Positions 9,456-17,086 of a DNA stretch of 32,475 bases are shown piece after piece. Location of the stretch: positions 1-32,475 of the forward strand of contig CAZEUJ010000001.1 in assembly GCA_964514525.1 (NCBI GenBank), in the 5' to 3' direction. Position 1 is the stretch's first letter; every line of letters starts with the position of its first letter. The stretch is from an uncultured Dehalococcoidaceae bacterium. Lineage in GTDB: Bacteria; Chloroflexota; Dehalococcoidia; Dehalococcoidales; RBG-16-60-22. Position numbers and translations under genes: made by a program. Under the pieces are notes generated by a model, which worked only from the letters and a program-made list of their open reading frames with translations, searched no databases and had not been told where the DNA came from.

Positions 9456-10244
9456 TCAGCTTTTTAAGCTCGGTTGTCGACTCGTGGCGATAAGTTTGCG
9501 GTAGATGGTTTCGACCTCTTTAGTTGTCGATGGACTGGCGGCGAAAAGCGACTGATTAGCGAGGTCGGCGTTATTGATGGCGGGGTCGTAGTCGATGAAG
9601 CCGAGGATTTCGATGTCCGGCAAATTGGACTCAATGAATTTCCTGTCGGCTTCGCTTCTTATTTTATTACCGACGGCGGCGATATTTTTCAGGCCGAGGT
9701 CCTGCGCCAGTGTTTTAATCGTCCTGGCGGTCTCCAGACTGCGTCGCCCCGGCTCCACGACGATTATCAGTTTGTCGACGGCTCTGGCTGTTCCCCGGGA
9801 TAGGTGTTCGATACCCGCTTCCATATCAAGAATAACGACCTCGTCCCTCTGTAAGAGCAGATGGCTGACCAGGGCCTGGAGCAGCGCCCCTTCCGGGCAG
9901 TAGCAGCCCGTGCCGCCCCGCTTTATCCGCCCCATCGCCATGATCCTGATGCCGTCCAGCTTTACGGAGTATTTCTCCGGCAGGTCATCCACCTTGGGAT
10001 TGAGCTTGAAGAACGACCCCGCTGTGCCGGGGCGTACGCCCACGCGCTCTTCAATGAGGTCGCTCAGCTCGGAAATGGGGGTCATCCGTTCCGGTTGGGG
10101 ATAGCCCAGCGTCGCCGCCAGGTTGGCATCGGGGTCGGCGTCGATGGCGATGACCGAATAGCCGGCTTCGGCGAATGTGTGTGCGAGAAAAGCGGCCAGG
10201 AGAGTCTTGCCCACGCCGCCTTTACCGGTTATCGCTATCTTCAT
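9456..10244 (-). CDS. cooC: CooC/AcsF-type Ni-insertion accessory ATPase, second paralog
   Basis: 262 aa. Walker A TGKGGVGKT. C-x-C motif (GGTGCYCPE). DMEAGIEHLSRGT block. First gene of the minus-strand operon. Confidence 0.85.
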   Translation of the reverse strand: MKIAITGKGGVGKTLLAAFLAHTFAEAGYSVIAIDADPDANLAATLGYPQPERMTPISELSDLIEERVGVRPGTAGSFFKLNPKVDDLPEKYSVKLDGIRIMAMGRIKRGGTGCYCPEGALLQALVSHLLLQRDEVVILDMEAGIEHLSRGTARAVDKLIIVVEPGRRSLETARTIKTLAQDLGLKNIAAVGNKIRSEADRKFIESNLPDIEILGFIDYDPAINNADLANQSLFAASPSTTKEVETIYRKLIATSRQPSLKS

Positions 10245-10333
10245 TCACACCCTGTTTCTAGCACAATCGTATCTTTTATTGCCGGGGGAAGCATTGTGGA
10301 TCGGGAGCTGTGTGATATCGCTGCCCAGCAGTT

Positions 10334-10362
10334 AGTCTATCGTATGCCGCTTTAAAAGTCAA
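10334..10362 (-). promoter_or_regulatory. Candidate sigma70-type promoter for the cooC-fhs-...-acsB operon
   Basis: Minus strand reads TTGACT (10362-10357), a 17-nt spacer, then TAGACT (10339-10334), about 90 nt upstream of the cooC ATG. Motif match only. Confidence 0.3.
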
Positions 10363-10588
10363 GGAAAGCTCGTACTTTAGTCTTAAGACTTTCCACTATA
10401 TCGTCCCGGAGAATACGCTCCATTTTTCTCTGACCTGCTTTGCGGCAATTGCCATTCCCTTCTGTATTTTATCTTAATCTCGGCTCAACGGGCAATACCT
10501 GAAATACTTAAAAATCCTTACCATAAATCAAAAAACAAATATAAAAACAATTAGCCTTTTCTCCTATCAACAATATATGACGCGTCGT

Positions 10589-10617
10589 TTGTCTTTTGCT
10601 TACCGAGTAACTAGAAT
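10589..10617 (+). promoter_or_regulatory. Candidate sigma70-type promoter for the DUF1847 operon
   Basis: TTGTCT (10589-10594), a 17-nt spacer, then TAGAAT (10612-10617), about 30 nt upstream of the start codon. Motif match only. Confidence 0.3.
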
Positions 10618-10647
10618 AGGATTGAATACGGGGTCAGGAGGATGTAT

Positions 10648-11346
10648 ATGGCTGAGAAACGGTATCCGAGGTGCGCCCGATGTGCCACCAGGGTATGTGA
10701 GAACCGGGGCGGCAGAGCCGGCGCCCCGCCCTCCTTGGAAAAAGCGCCGGCTTTCTGTCCCATGAAGCTGATGCCGGACATATACGGGATGGCGCTGGCG
10801 GAGTATGATAAACCGCCGGTTAAGGAGTTTGCGCGGCTGGCATCGGTCCAGGAGTTTCAGTGCTACGAACGCCTGCCGGACGGGCTCAGGACAAAACTGA
10901 CCCGCGTAGAAGAACTGATTCAGTTCGCCCGGAAGTGTGGCTATACGAGACTCGGACTGGCACATTGCGGCGGACTGGCGCATGAGGCCGGTCTATTGAC
11001 CGAAGTCCTCGAGAACAACGGATTCCAGGTTGTCTCGGTGCAGTGTAAGACAGGGGCCGTCCCCAAGGAAAGAATCGGCGTCAGCGCCGAGGAGAAGATA
11101 GTCGGTCCTGAAGCATGGGAGACCATGTGTAATCCCATCGTCCAGGCGATGATTATCAACCGCTCGAAGGTGGATATGGCCATTATGCTGGGACTCTGCA
11201 TCGGCCACGATACGCTTTTCATTAAGTACTGCGATGTCCCGCTGACAGTAATAGCCGTGAAAGACCGTGTGCTGGGGCACAATCCGCTGGCGGCGCTTTA
11301 TGCCGGCGGGACCTATTATCAGCGACTCCGCAACAAAATAAAATAG
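10648..11346 (+). CDS. DUF1847-like Cys-rich putative metal-binding protein
   Basis: ORF track starts at 10642. The second ATG (10648) is better spaced from AGGAGG (10636-10641). N-terminal CARCATRVC...FCP, later HCGG and GLCIGHD...KDRVLGHNP blocks, which I recall as DUF1847 signatures. Confidence 0.7.
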   Translation: MAEKRYPRCARCATRVCENRGGRAGAPPSLEKAPAFCPMKLMPDIYGMALAEYDKPPVKEFARLASVQEFQCYERLPDGLRTKLTRVEELIQFARKCGYTRLGLAHCGGLAHEAGLLTEVLENNGFQVVSVQCKTGAVPKERIGVSAEEKIVGPEAWETMCNPIVQAMIINRSKVDMAIMLGLCIGHDTLFIKYCDVPLTVIAVKDRVLGHNPLAALYAGGTYYQRLRNKIK

Positions 11347-11358
11347 GGAGGGTATTAA

Positions 11359-11664
11359 ATGGCTATGATTGATATCAGCGTCGTGCCGGTGGGGACGCAG
11401 TCGCCCTCGGTCAGCCGGTTTGTCGCCGGCGCCGTACGCATCCTGCAAAATGAGCCGGGTATCAAATACAAATTAACAGCCATGAACACCGTTATCGAAG
11501 GCGACCTCGATAAACTCCTGGCGCTGGCGCAGCGGATGCACCTTTCTGCCTTCGATGCCGGCGCTCAAAGAGTGGTAACCACCCTCCGCATCGATGACCG
11601 CCGGGATAAGCCTCTGACCATCGAAGGGAAGGTCAAAGCGGTCAGGGAAAAGCTGGGGAAATAA
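11359..11664 (+). CDS. MTH1187/YkoF-family small protein (thiamine/HMP-binding fold, DUF77)
   Basis: 101 aa. ISVVPVG...SVSRFVAGAV...GIKYKLTAMNTVIEGDLD pattern typical of the family. GGGAGGG SD 6 nt upstream. Confidence 0.75.
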   Translation: MAMIDISVVPVGTQSPSVSRFVAGAVRILQNEPGIKYKLTAMNTVIEGDLDKLLALAQRMHLSAFDAGAQRVVTTLRIDDRRDKPLTIEGKVKAVREKLGK

Positions 11665-11670
11665 CTTTAT

Positions 11671-12495
11671 ATGTCTTTAGCAGATATATTTATATTACTG
11701 GCAACCGGAGCTGTAGCTGGTTTCGCCGGTGGCTTGCTGGGTCTGGGTGGTGCTTTTTTAATGACGCCGGTGCAATACATCGTATATACCGGCATGGGGC
11801 TGTCGCCGGACTTAGCTATCAAGACCGCTTTTGGTACCAGCCTGCTAGTCGTGCTGACTACTGCCATCAGCGGCGCCTGGCGGCACCACCACGAAAAAGT
11901 GGTCCGGTGGCGGATGGCGTTTATCATGGGTCTCTGCGGCCTGGTCTTCGGCCTGGTTGGTGCTACTATCACCGCATATGCCCCCGGCCCGGCACTAAAG
12001 ATAACCTTCGGCGTTATTGCCATACTCAGCGGCATCAGGATGTTTTTCGCCACGGCGGAAAGGACCGGGGTAGAGCCGGTAAATAAGCCCTGGGTATGGG
12101 CTGTCTGGGCTATTCCGGTGGGACTGCTGTCCGGTATTCTGGGCGTCGGCGGCGGGGTATTGATGATTCCGATTCTCGTGCTGGCTTTAAGACTCAGGAT
12201 ACACAGTGCCGTGGCGAACTCCCTGGCAATAATGATTTTAACCAGCATCGGCGGAATTATCGGCTATATCGTGAACGGCGTTGAGGTGGCCGGTAGGCTG
12301 TCATATTCCTTGGGCTATATACATCTGACTTCCTGGCTCCTGCTGGCGGTACCTGCTGCCGTTATGGCACAGGTCGGGGCTTTTCTCTCCCACAGACTCC
12401 ACGGCAGGGTGCTGATGTACATCTTTATCATCGTCCAGTTTTATATGGGATTAAGAATGATCGGCGTCTTTGAATGGCTCGGCTGGCCGATTTAA
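11671..12495 (+). CDS. TSUP/TauE-SafE family membrane permease (putative anion exporter, DUF81)
   Basis: 274 aa, multi-span hydrophobic. Internally duplicated GxLGxGGGxxxxP motifs (GLLGLGGAFLMTP and GILGVGGGVLMIP). Confidence 0.8.
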   Translation: MSLADIFILLATGAVAGFAGGLLGLGGAFLMTPVQYIVYTGMGLSPDLAIKTAFGTSLLVVLTTAISGAWRHHHEKVVRWRMAFIMGLCGLVFGLVGATITAYAPGPALKITFGVIAILSGIRMFFATAERTGVEPVNKPWVWAVWAIPVGLLSGILGVGGGVLMIPILVLALRLRIHSAVANSLAIMILTSIGGIIGYIVNGVEVAGRLSYSLGYIHLTSWLLLAVPAAVMAQVGAFLSHRLHGRVLMYIFIIVQFYMGLRMIGVFEWLGWPI

Positions 12496-12506
12496 AGGGG
12501 GGAACT

Positions 12507-13346
12507 ATGGAAATAAATATTACTACGCTGGCGGAAAATACCGCCGAAATGGGTTACCTGGCGGAGTGGGGTCTGAGCATGTTTATCGAGGCTGACGGTG
12601 CCAGGGTGCTGTTCGATACGGGCATGGGCGTGGCGGCGGTGCATAACGCTCAACTCTTCGATATCGACTTAGCTACTATCGATAAAATAGTGCTGAGTCA
12701 CGGTCACCGCGACCATACCGGCGGACTGCGTGAGGTTTTAATGAGGATGAAAAAAGGCGCCGAGGTAATCGCCCACCCGGATATCTGGGCGGCTAAGTAT
12801 AGTCGACGCGGCAAGAACCGAGAGCAGTTCAGCGGACTGCCTTTCCGCCGTGAATTACTGGAAAATCTGGGTGCCCGATTCAACATGACACGGAAGCCGG
12901 TACATATTACCAGCCATTTCCTTACCACCGGGGAGATACCAATGCTGACGGACTACGAGGAAATCGATACAGGTCTTTTCGATAAAGAGACCGGAGAGAT
13001 GCTTCCGGACGAACTCAAAGATGACCTCGCTCTGATTATAGATACTGAGTACGGTCTGGTGGTCATCCTCGGCTGCGCCCACCGCGGCATCGTCAATACG
13101 CTGAGATACGCTCAAAAATTGACCGGCAAGGAGTTGATTTACGCCACCATCGGCGGCACGCATTTACTCAACGCTTCCCGGGAACGCTGGAAAAAGACGG
13201 TAGCGGATTTGAAGGGGATGGGTTTGCAGTACCTGGGGGTCTCCCATTGCACCGGCTTCGAGGCATCGGCTTACCTGGCGCAGGAGTTCGGTGAGCGTTT
13301 TTTCCTGAACAACTCCGGTTCGAAATGGACACTGCCGTTTAAGTAA
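12507..13346 (+). CDS. Metallo-beta-lactamase-fold protein, COG1237 type (MJ0301-like family)
   Basis: ORF track starts at 12474. I prefer ATG 12507 (MEINITTLAEN...), preceded by AAGGGGGG and lying just after the TSUP stop. HxHxDH motif (SHGHRDHTGG), EWGLS..IE, LFDTG, ILGCAHRG. Paralog at 24762-25595. Confidence 0.8.
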   Translation: MEINITTLAENTAEMGYLAEWGLSMFIEADGARVLFDTGMGVAAVHNAQLFDIDLATIDKIVLSHGHRDHTGGLREVLMRMKKGAEVIAHPDIWAAKYSRRGKNREQFSGLPFRRELLENLGARFNMTRKPVHITSHFLTTGEIPMLTDYEEIDTGLFDKETGEMLPDELKDDLALIIDTEYGLVVILGCAHRGIVNTLRYAQKLTGKELIYATIGGTHLLNASRERWKKTVADLKGMGLQYLGVSHCTGFEASAYLAQEFGERFFLNNSGSKWTLPFK

Positions 13347-13400
13347 GCCATGGTTCAAGGAATGAATTATATTTTTCGTCAAAAACTTTATAAAAAAATA

Positions 13401-13429
13401 TTGACAAATCAGAATTACTTCGGCATAAT
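13401..13429 (+). promoter_or_regulatory. Near-consensus sigma70 promoter
   Basis: TTGACA (13401-13406), a 17-nt spacer, then CATAAT (13424-13429), in an AT-rich intergenic region about 150 nt upstream of the methyltransferase ATG. Confidence 0.5.
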
Positions 13430-13578
13430 GACAAAGCCATACCGTATATTTATTCCGGTATACAAATAAATACACAAATTCTTCAACTCTAGTCCTCAAC
13501 CCCGTTCAAATATCAAGTATAAAATTACTTACAATCAAACAATTTTCTTGTTTTATAGACTAAAAAAGGAGGTGTGAA

Positions 13579-14400
13579 ATGTATGCTCAAAACTCCAATG
13601 AAATGGGTTGGGAAAATACAGCCATAAAAGCTATGGATCAGCATTTTTCCAATGTTGCTAAGAAATATCGAAATCTTAGAACGACTGATTCAGAGCCGAT
13701 ATCTTTAATTGTCGATAAATTGAAAAACCTGGACCATATTGAAGCTGTTGACGTGGGGTGTGGCGCCGGCAGATACGACCTGCTTCTTTACAAGTATCTG
13801 GGTGATAAACTCAGACTAATCTGCCTGGATGCTAATGCTAAAATGCTGAAGGCTCTAGCTAAATATTTAGCAAAACATGATATCACAAATTTCTCTGTTA
13901 AACAATCGGTGGCAGAAACTATGCCTTTCCCGGATAGCGTACTGGACTGTATATGTACATTTAACGCAGTCCACCACTTTAGTTTATCCCGCTTCTTAAA
14001 CGAGAGCGCCAGAGTGATGAAAAGAGGTGGTTACCTCTTTGTCTATACGAGACTCCGCGAGCAAAATGAGAGGAACATCTGGGGACAGTATTTCCCCCAA
14101 TTCCACGAAAAGGAAACCCGCCTGTATTCTATGGATGTAATGAAACAATCAATAGAAGCAGTTGACAATCTCGCTATTGAATCAATCGTATTCTTCGCGT
14201 ATAATCGTATGGCAGCTTTGGAGCAGCTATTAGAGCGTGCCAGCTCTCACCACTATTCGACTTTTTTACTGTACTCACCAGAGGAACTGAGAGAGGCGTT
14301 AAAAGGATTCTCGTTAAACATCAAGAACGAATTTGAGGACCCTCAGCAAATACGCTGGTTTGATGAAAACATTTTATTCATCGTTCGAAAAAAAGACTGA
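13579..14400 (+). CDS. Class I SAM-dependent methyltransferase, substrate unknown
   Basis: 273 aa. Motif I VDVGCGAGRY. AAGGAGGTG SD. Much lower GC than neighbouring genes. Confidence 0.8.
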   Translation: MYAQNSNEMGWENTAIKAMDQHFSNVAKKYRNLRTTDSEPISLIVDKLKNLDHIEAVDVGCGAGRYDLLLYKYLGDKLRLICLDANAKMLKALAKYLAKHDITNFSVKQSVAETMPFPDSVLDCICTFNAVHHFSLSRFLNESARVMKRGGYLFVYTRLREQNERNIWGQYFPQFHEKETRLYSMDVMKQSIEAVDNLAIESIVFFAYNRMAALEQLLERASSHHYSTFLLYSPEELREALKGFSLNIKNEFEDPQQIRWFDENILFIVRKKD

Positions 14401-14436
14401 AAAGAGCTAACCGTTAATTATATACACGCCTAATAG

Positions 14437-14466
14437 TTGACTTACGCCCCATATTAATGTCATAAT
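14437..14466 (+). promoter_or_regulatory. Candidate promoter for the riboswitch-thiC transcript
   Basis: TTGACT (14437-14442), an 18-nt spacer, then CATAAT (14461-14466), placing the transcription start just upstream of the riboswitch P1 stem. Confidence 0.45.
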
Positions 14467-14478
14467 TTAATATAAATA

Positions 14479-14573
14479 ACCGCTAGGGGTGCTCAGGGCT
14501 GAGAGTCCCCCGATACAATCGGGGGGCGACCCTTGGAACCTGAACTCGGTAATACGAGCGTAGGGAAGCGGCC
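14479..14573 (+). promoter_or_regulatory. TPP (THI-box) riboswitch
   Basis: Matches the consensus: CGCUAGGGGUGC...GGCUGAGAG...ACCCUUGGAACCUGAACUCGGUAAUACGAGCGUAGGGAAGCGG, with a P1 stem CCGCUA/GAAGCGG. Located directly upstream of thiC. Confidence 0.9.
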
Positions 14574-14580
14574 TTACTTA

Positions 14581-14620
14581 AAACCAGGGGCCAATCCAGC
14601 CCTTGGTTTTGTTGTTTTTA
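14581..14620 (+). terminator. Intrinsic terminator, expression platform of the TPP riboswitch
   Basis: 10-bp stem AAACCAGGGG / CCCTTGGTTT (one G-U pair), 9-nt loop, followed by TGTTGTTTTT. Confidence 0.7.
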
Positions 14621-14635
14621 AAGGGGGTGGTAGCC

Positions 14636-15931
14636 GTGACACAACTGGAAATAGCCAGGAAAGGCGATATCTCGCCGCAGATGGAAGTGGTGGCTCGCGC
14701 TGAAGGACTGGAAGTGGAGCTTATAAAGCAACGTGTGGCGGCAGGGACGGTGGCGATTCCCGCCAATGTCCGTCATTTCAACCTCGTTCCCTGCGGCATC
14801 GGCGAGGGGCTTTCTACCAAGGTCAATGCCAATATCGGGACTTCTTCCGATTTCGGCGATATCAATACCGAGCTGGAGAAACTGCGGGTAGCGATAAACG
14901 CCGGCGCGGATACGGTGATGGACTTAAGCACTGGCGGTGATATACCGGCAATTCGGCGGGCTATCCTCGCTGCCAGCACTTGCTCTATCGGCACAGTGCC
15001 GATTTACCAGGCGGGCATCGGGGCTATTGAAAAGCACGGCGCTATCGTGAAGATGAGTGTCGATGATATCTTTACGGCTTTCGAGGATAATGCTCGTGAC
15101 GGCGTCGATTTTATCACCGTGCATTGTGGTGTGACCCAGGCGGCCATCGCCCGACTTAAAAAGCAGGGGCGCGTGACCGATATCGTCTCGCGCGGCGGTG
15201 CTTTCATGGTCGGCTGGATGCTTCACAACGACCGTGAGAATCCTCTCTACGAAGAGTTCGACCGTTTATTGGATATAGCTTTAGAATACGATGTAGCCCT
15301 GAGCCTCGGCGACGGCATGCGACCCGGCAGTCTGGCTGATGCTACCGACCGGCCCCAGGTAGAGGAACTGGTTACCCTGGGTGAACTCGTGCAGAGGGCG
15401 CAGGATGCCGGTGTCCAGGTCATGGTTGAGGGGCCGGGTCATATACCGCTCGACCAGATTGAAACCAACGTTCGACTGCAAAAGGCTCTCTGTAAGGGCG
15501 CCCCGTTCTATGTACTGGGTCCGCTGGTGACCGACATCGCCGCCGGCTACGACCATATCACCAGTGCCATCGGCGGGGCTATCGCTGCTATGCATGGCGC
15601 CGACTTCCTCTGCTACGTAACACCGTCCGAGCACCTGGCTATACCGGATGTCAATGATGTACGGGAAGGTGTCATCGCCTCACGCATCGCTGCCCACGCG
15701 GCGGACATTGTTAAGGGTATCAAGGGCGCACGGGAGAGAGACCGGCAGATGTCCCTCGCGCGGAAACACCTCGATTGGGAAGAGCAGGCTAGGCTGTCTC
15801 TCGACCCGGAAAAATTCCGCAGGGTCCACCACCAGCGTGCTACCGCGGGGTCGGCCTGTAGTATGTGCGGCCAGTACTGCGCTATGGACCTGGTAGCACA
15901 ATACCTGGGTATAAAAGCCGTTAAATGCTAG
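14636..15931 (+). CDS. thiC: Phosphomethylpyrimidine synthase ThiC (short anaerobe-type form)
   Basis: ORF track ATG 14603 lies inside the terminator stem. GTG 14636 is preceded by AAGGGGGTGG. Sequence [16 protein letters not shown]..., C-terminal CSMCGQYC radical-SAM-like Cys motif, and conserved ThiC blocks ([33 protein letters not shown]). Confidence 0.92.
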   Translation: MTQLEIARKGDISPQMEVVARAEGLEVELIKQRVAAGTVAIPANVRHFNLVPCGIGEGLSTKVNANIGTSSDFGDINTELEKLRVAINAGADTVMDLSTGGDIPAIRRAILAASTCSIGTVPIYQAGIGAIEKHGAIVKMSVDDIFTAFEDNARDGVDFITVHCGVTQAAIARLKKQGRVTDIVSRGGAFMVGWMLHNDRENPLYEEFDRLLDIALEYDVALSLGDGMRPGSLADATDRPQVEELVTLGELVQRAQDAGVQVMVEGPGHIPLDQIETNVRLQKALCKGAPFYVLGPLVTDIAAGYDHITSAIGGAIAAMHGADFLCYVTPSEHLAIPDVNDVREGVIASRIAAHAADIVKGIKGARERDRQMSLARKHLDWEEQARLSLDPEKFRRVHHQRATAGSACSMCGQYCAMDLVAQYLGIKAVKC

Positions 15932-16812
15932 CTGCTTAAAGTCTGCTTGTTGCGCAGGTATATCACCCAGTAGACCAGGGCGACAAAAACTACGCCGCCT
16001 ATCATATTGCCAATGGTCACCGGCAGCAGGTTATTCAAGAAAAACGAGCCCCAGGTAAGATTGTCATAGCTGGCGGCGGTGGTCCCGATACTCTGCCAGA
16101 AGGCGTCAGGGGCACCGCCTTTGATAAAAATCGCGAAGGGTATGAAATACATGTTGGCCACACAGTGTTCGAAACCGGCGGCGACAAAACCGCTGATGGG
16201 GAAAATGATCGCGGCGATTCTGCCAAAGGTGGTGCGGGCGCTGTAGGTGAGCCAGACCGCCATGCATACCATGGCATTACCGAGAATTCCCAGTATGACC
16301 GCCTGGGTGAAATCCAGGTTCACTTTATCGAGTCCAATATTCAAAGCCGTCAGGCCGAGGGCTCCGTTGTCCATTTCATAATGCTGGCCCCAGAAAACGA
16401 ATAACGCCGTAGCGATAGCCCCGAAAAGGTTGCCTACGTACACAATCCCCCAGTTACGCAGCACGCGCCAAGTCGAGAGCTTGCGACTGGCCCAGGCCAT
16501 GATGATCAAGTTGTTGCCAGTAAACAGCTCGGCGCCGCCGACGATCACCAGGACTAGCCCGAGACTGAATGTCAGGCCACCGATAACGCGCCCCACCCCC
16601 CAGGGCATGGATGCGCCGGTCTGGGAAACGGTAAAGAAAATGCAGCCCAGGGCGATGAAAGCCCCGGCGAGGACGGCCAGCGCCAGGGTGCTGAGGATAT
16701 CGAGATGGGCTTTTTTAATGCCGATATCCTGCGCCTTAGAAGCCATTTCCGCAGGTAATAACTCGTCGAAACTGCTTACAACATTTTCGCCTTCGTTATC
16801 CGGTTCAATCAT
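15928..16812 (-). CDS. focA: Formate/nitrite transporter family channel, FocA-like
   Basis: 294 aa, collinear with E. coli FocA from memory (LLPAxMA, GGxxFSLGL, GAELFT, GNxxG, GILxNxMVCxAVW, SGFEHxxANM, PVTIGNxIGG, YWVIYLR). AAGAGGA SD. Confidence 0.88.
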   Translation of the reverse strand: MIEPDNEGENVVSSFDELLPAEMASKAQDIGIKKAHLDILSTLALAVLAGAFIALGCIFFTVSQTGASMPWGVGRVIGGLTFSLGLVLVIVGGAELFTGNNLIIMAWASRKLSTWRVLRNWGIVYVGNLFGAIATALFVFWGQHYEMDNGALGLTALNIGLDKVNLDFTQAVILGILGNAMVCMAVWLTYSARTTFGRIAAIIFPISGFVAAGFEHCVANMYFIPFAIFIKGGAPDAFWQSIGTTAASYDNLTWGSFFLNNLLPVTIGNMIGGVVFVALVYWVIYLRNKQTLSS

Positions 16813-17086
16813 GATTATCCTCTTCTTAACATTATATTATGTCTTTATTAAGCCTTCAATGCGCGGTAAGTCTTAGAACTATTTAATGAACGATTTTCTG
16901 TACGACTCATTTTACATCAAGATTGTATTGCGATAACATTAAAGTAGGGGTGATAACATTATTAGTAAAGGTTCACCGGAATATTCGCTCGAATATATCA
17001 ACTCAACCCCTACCCTGGGCGCGGGGAGTACCGCGGAAACAGACAGGGGCAATGATACCGAGCTTCTTGACGCCTATTCTAGGGCG

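Noticed and set aside
11667-12248. 193-aa minus-strand ORF
   Set aside because: It is antisense to the TSUP permease gene, which has the family's duplicated GxLGxGGG motifs. The ORF is Pro/Ala/Thr-rich with no start context.
14603-14635. ATG 14603 as the thiC start
   Set aside because: It lies inside the riboswitch terminator stem and U-tract and has no SD. GTG 14636 follows AAGGGGGTGG and gives a ThiC-like N-terminus.
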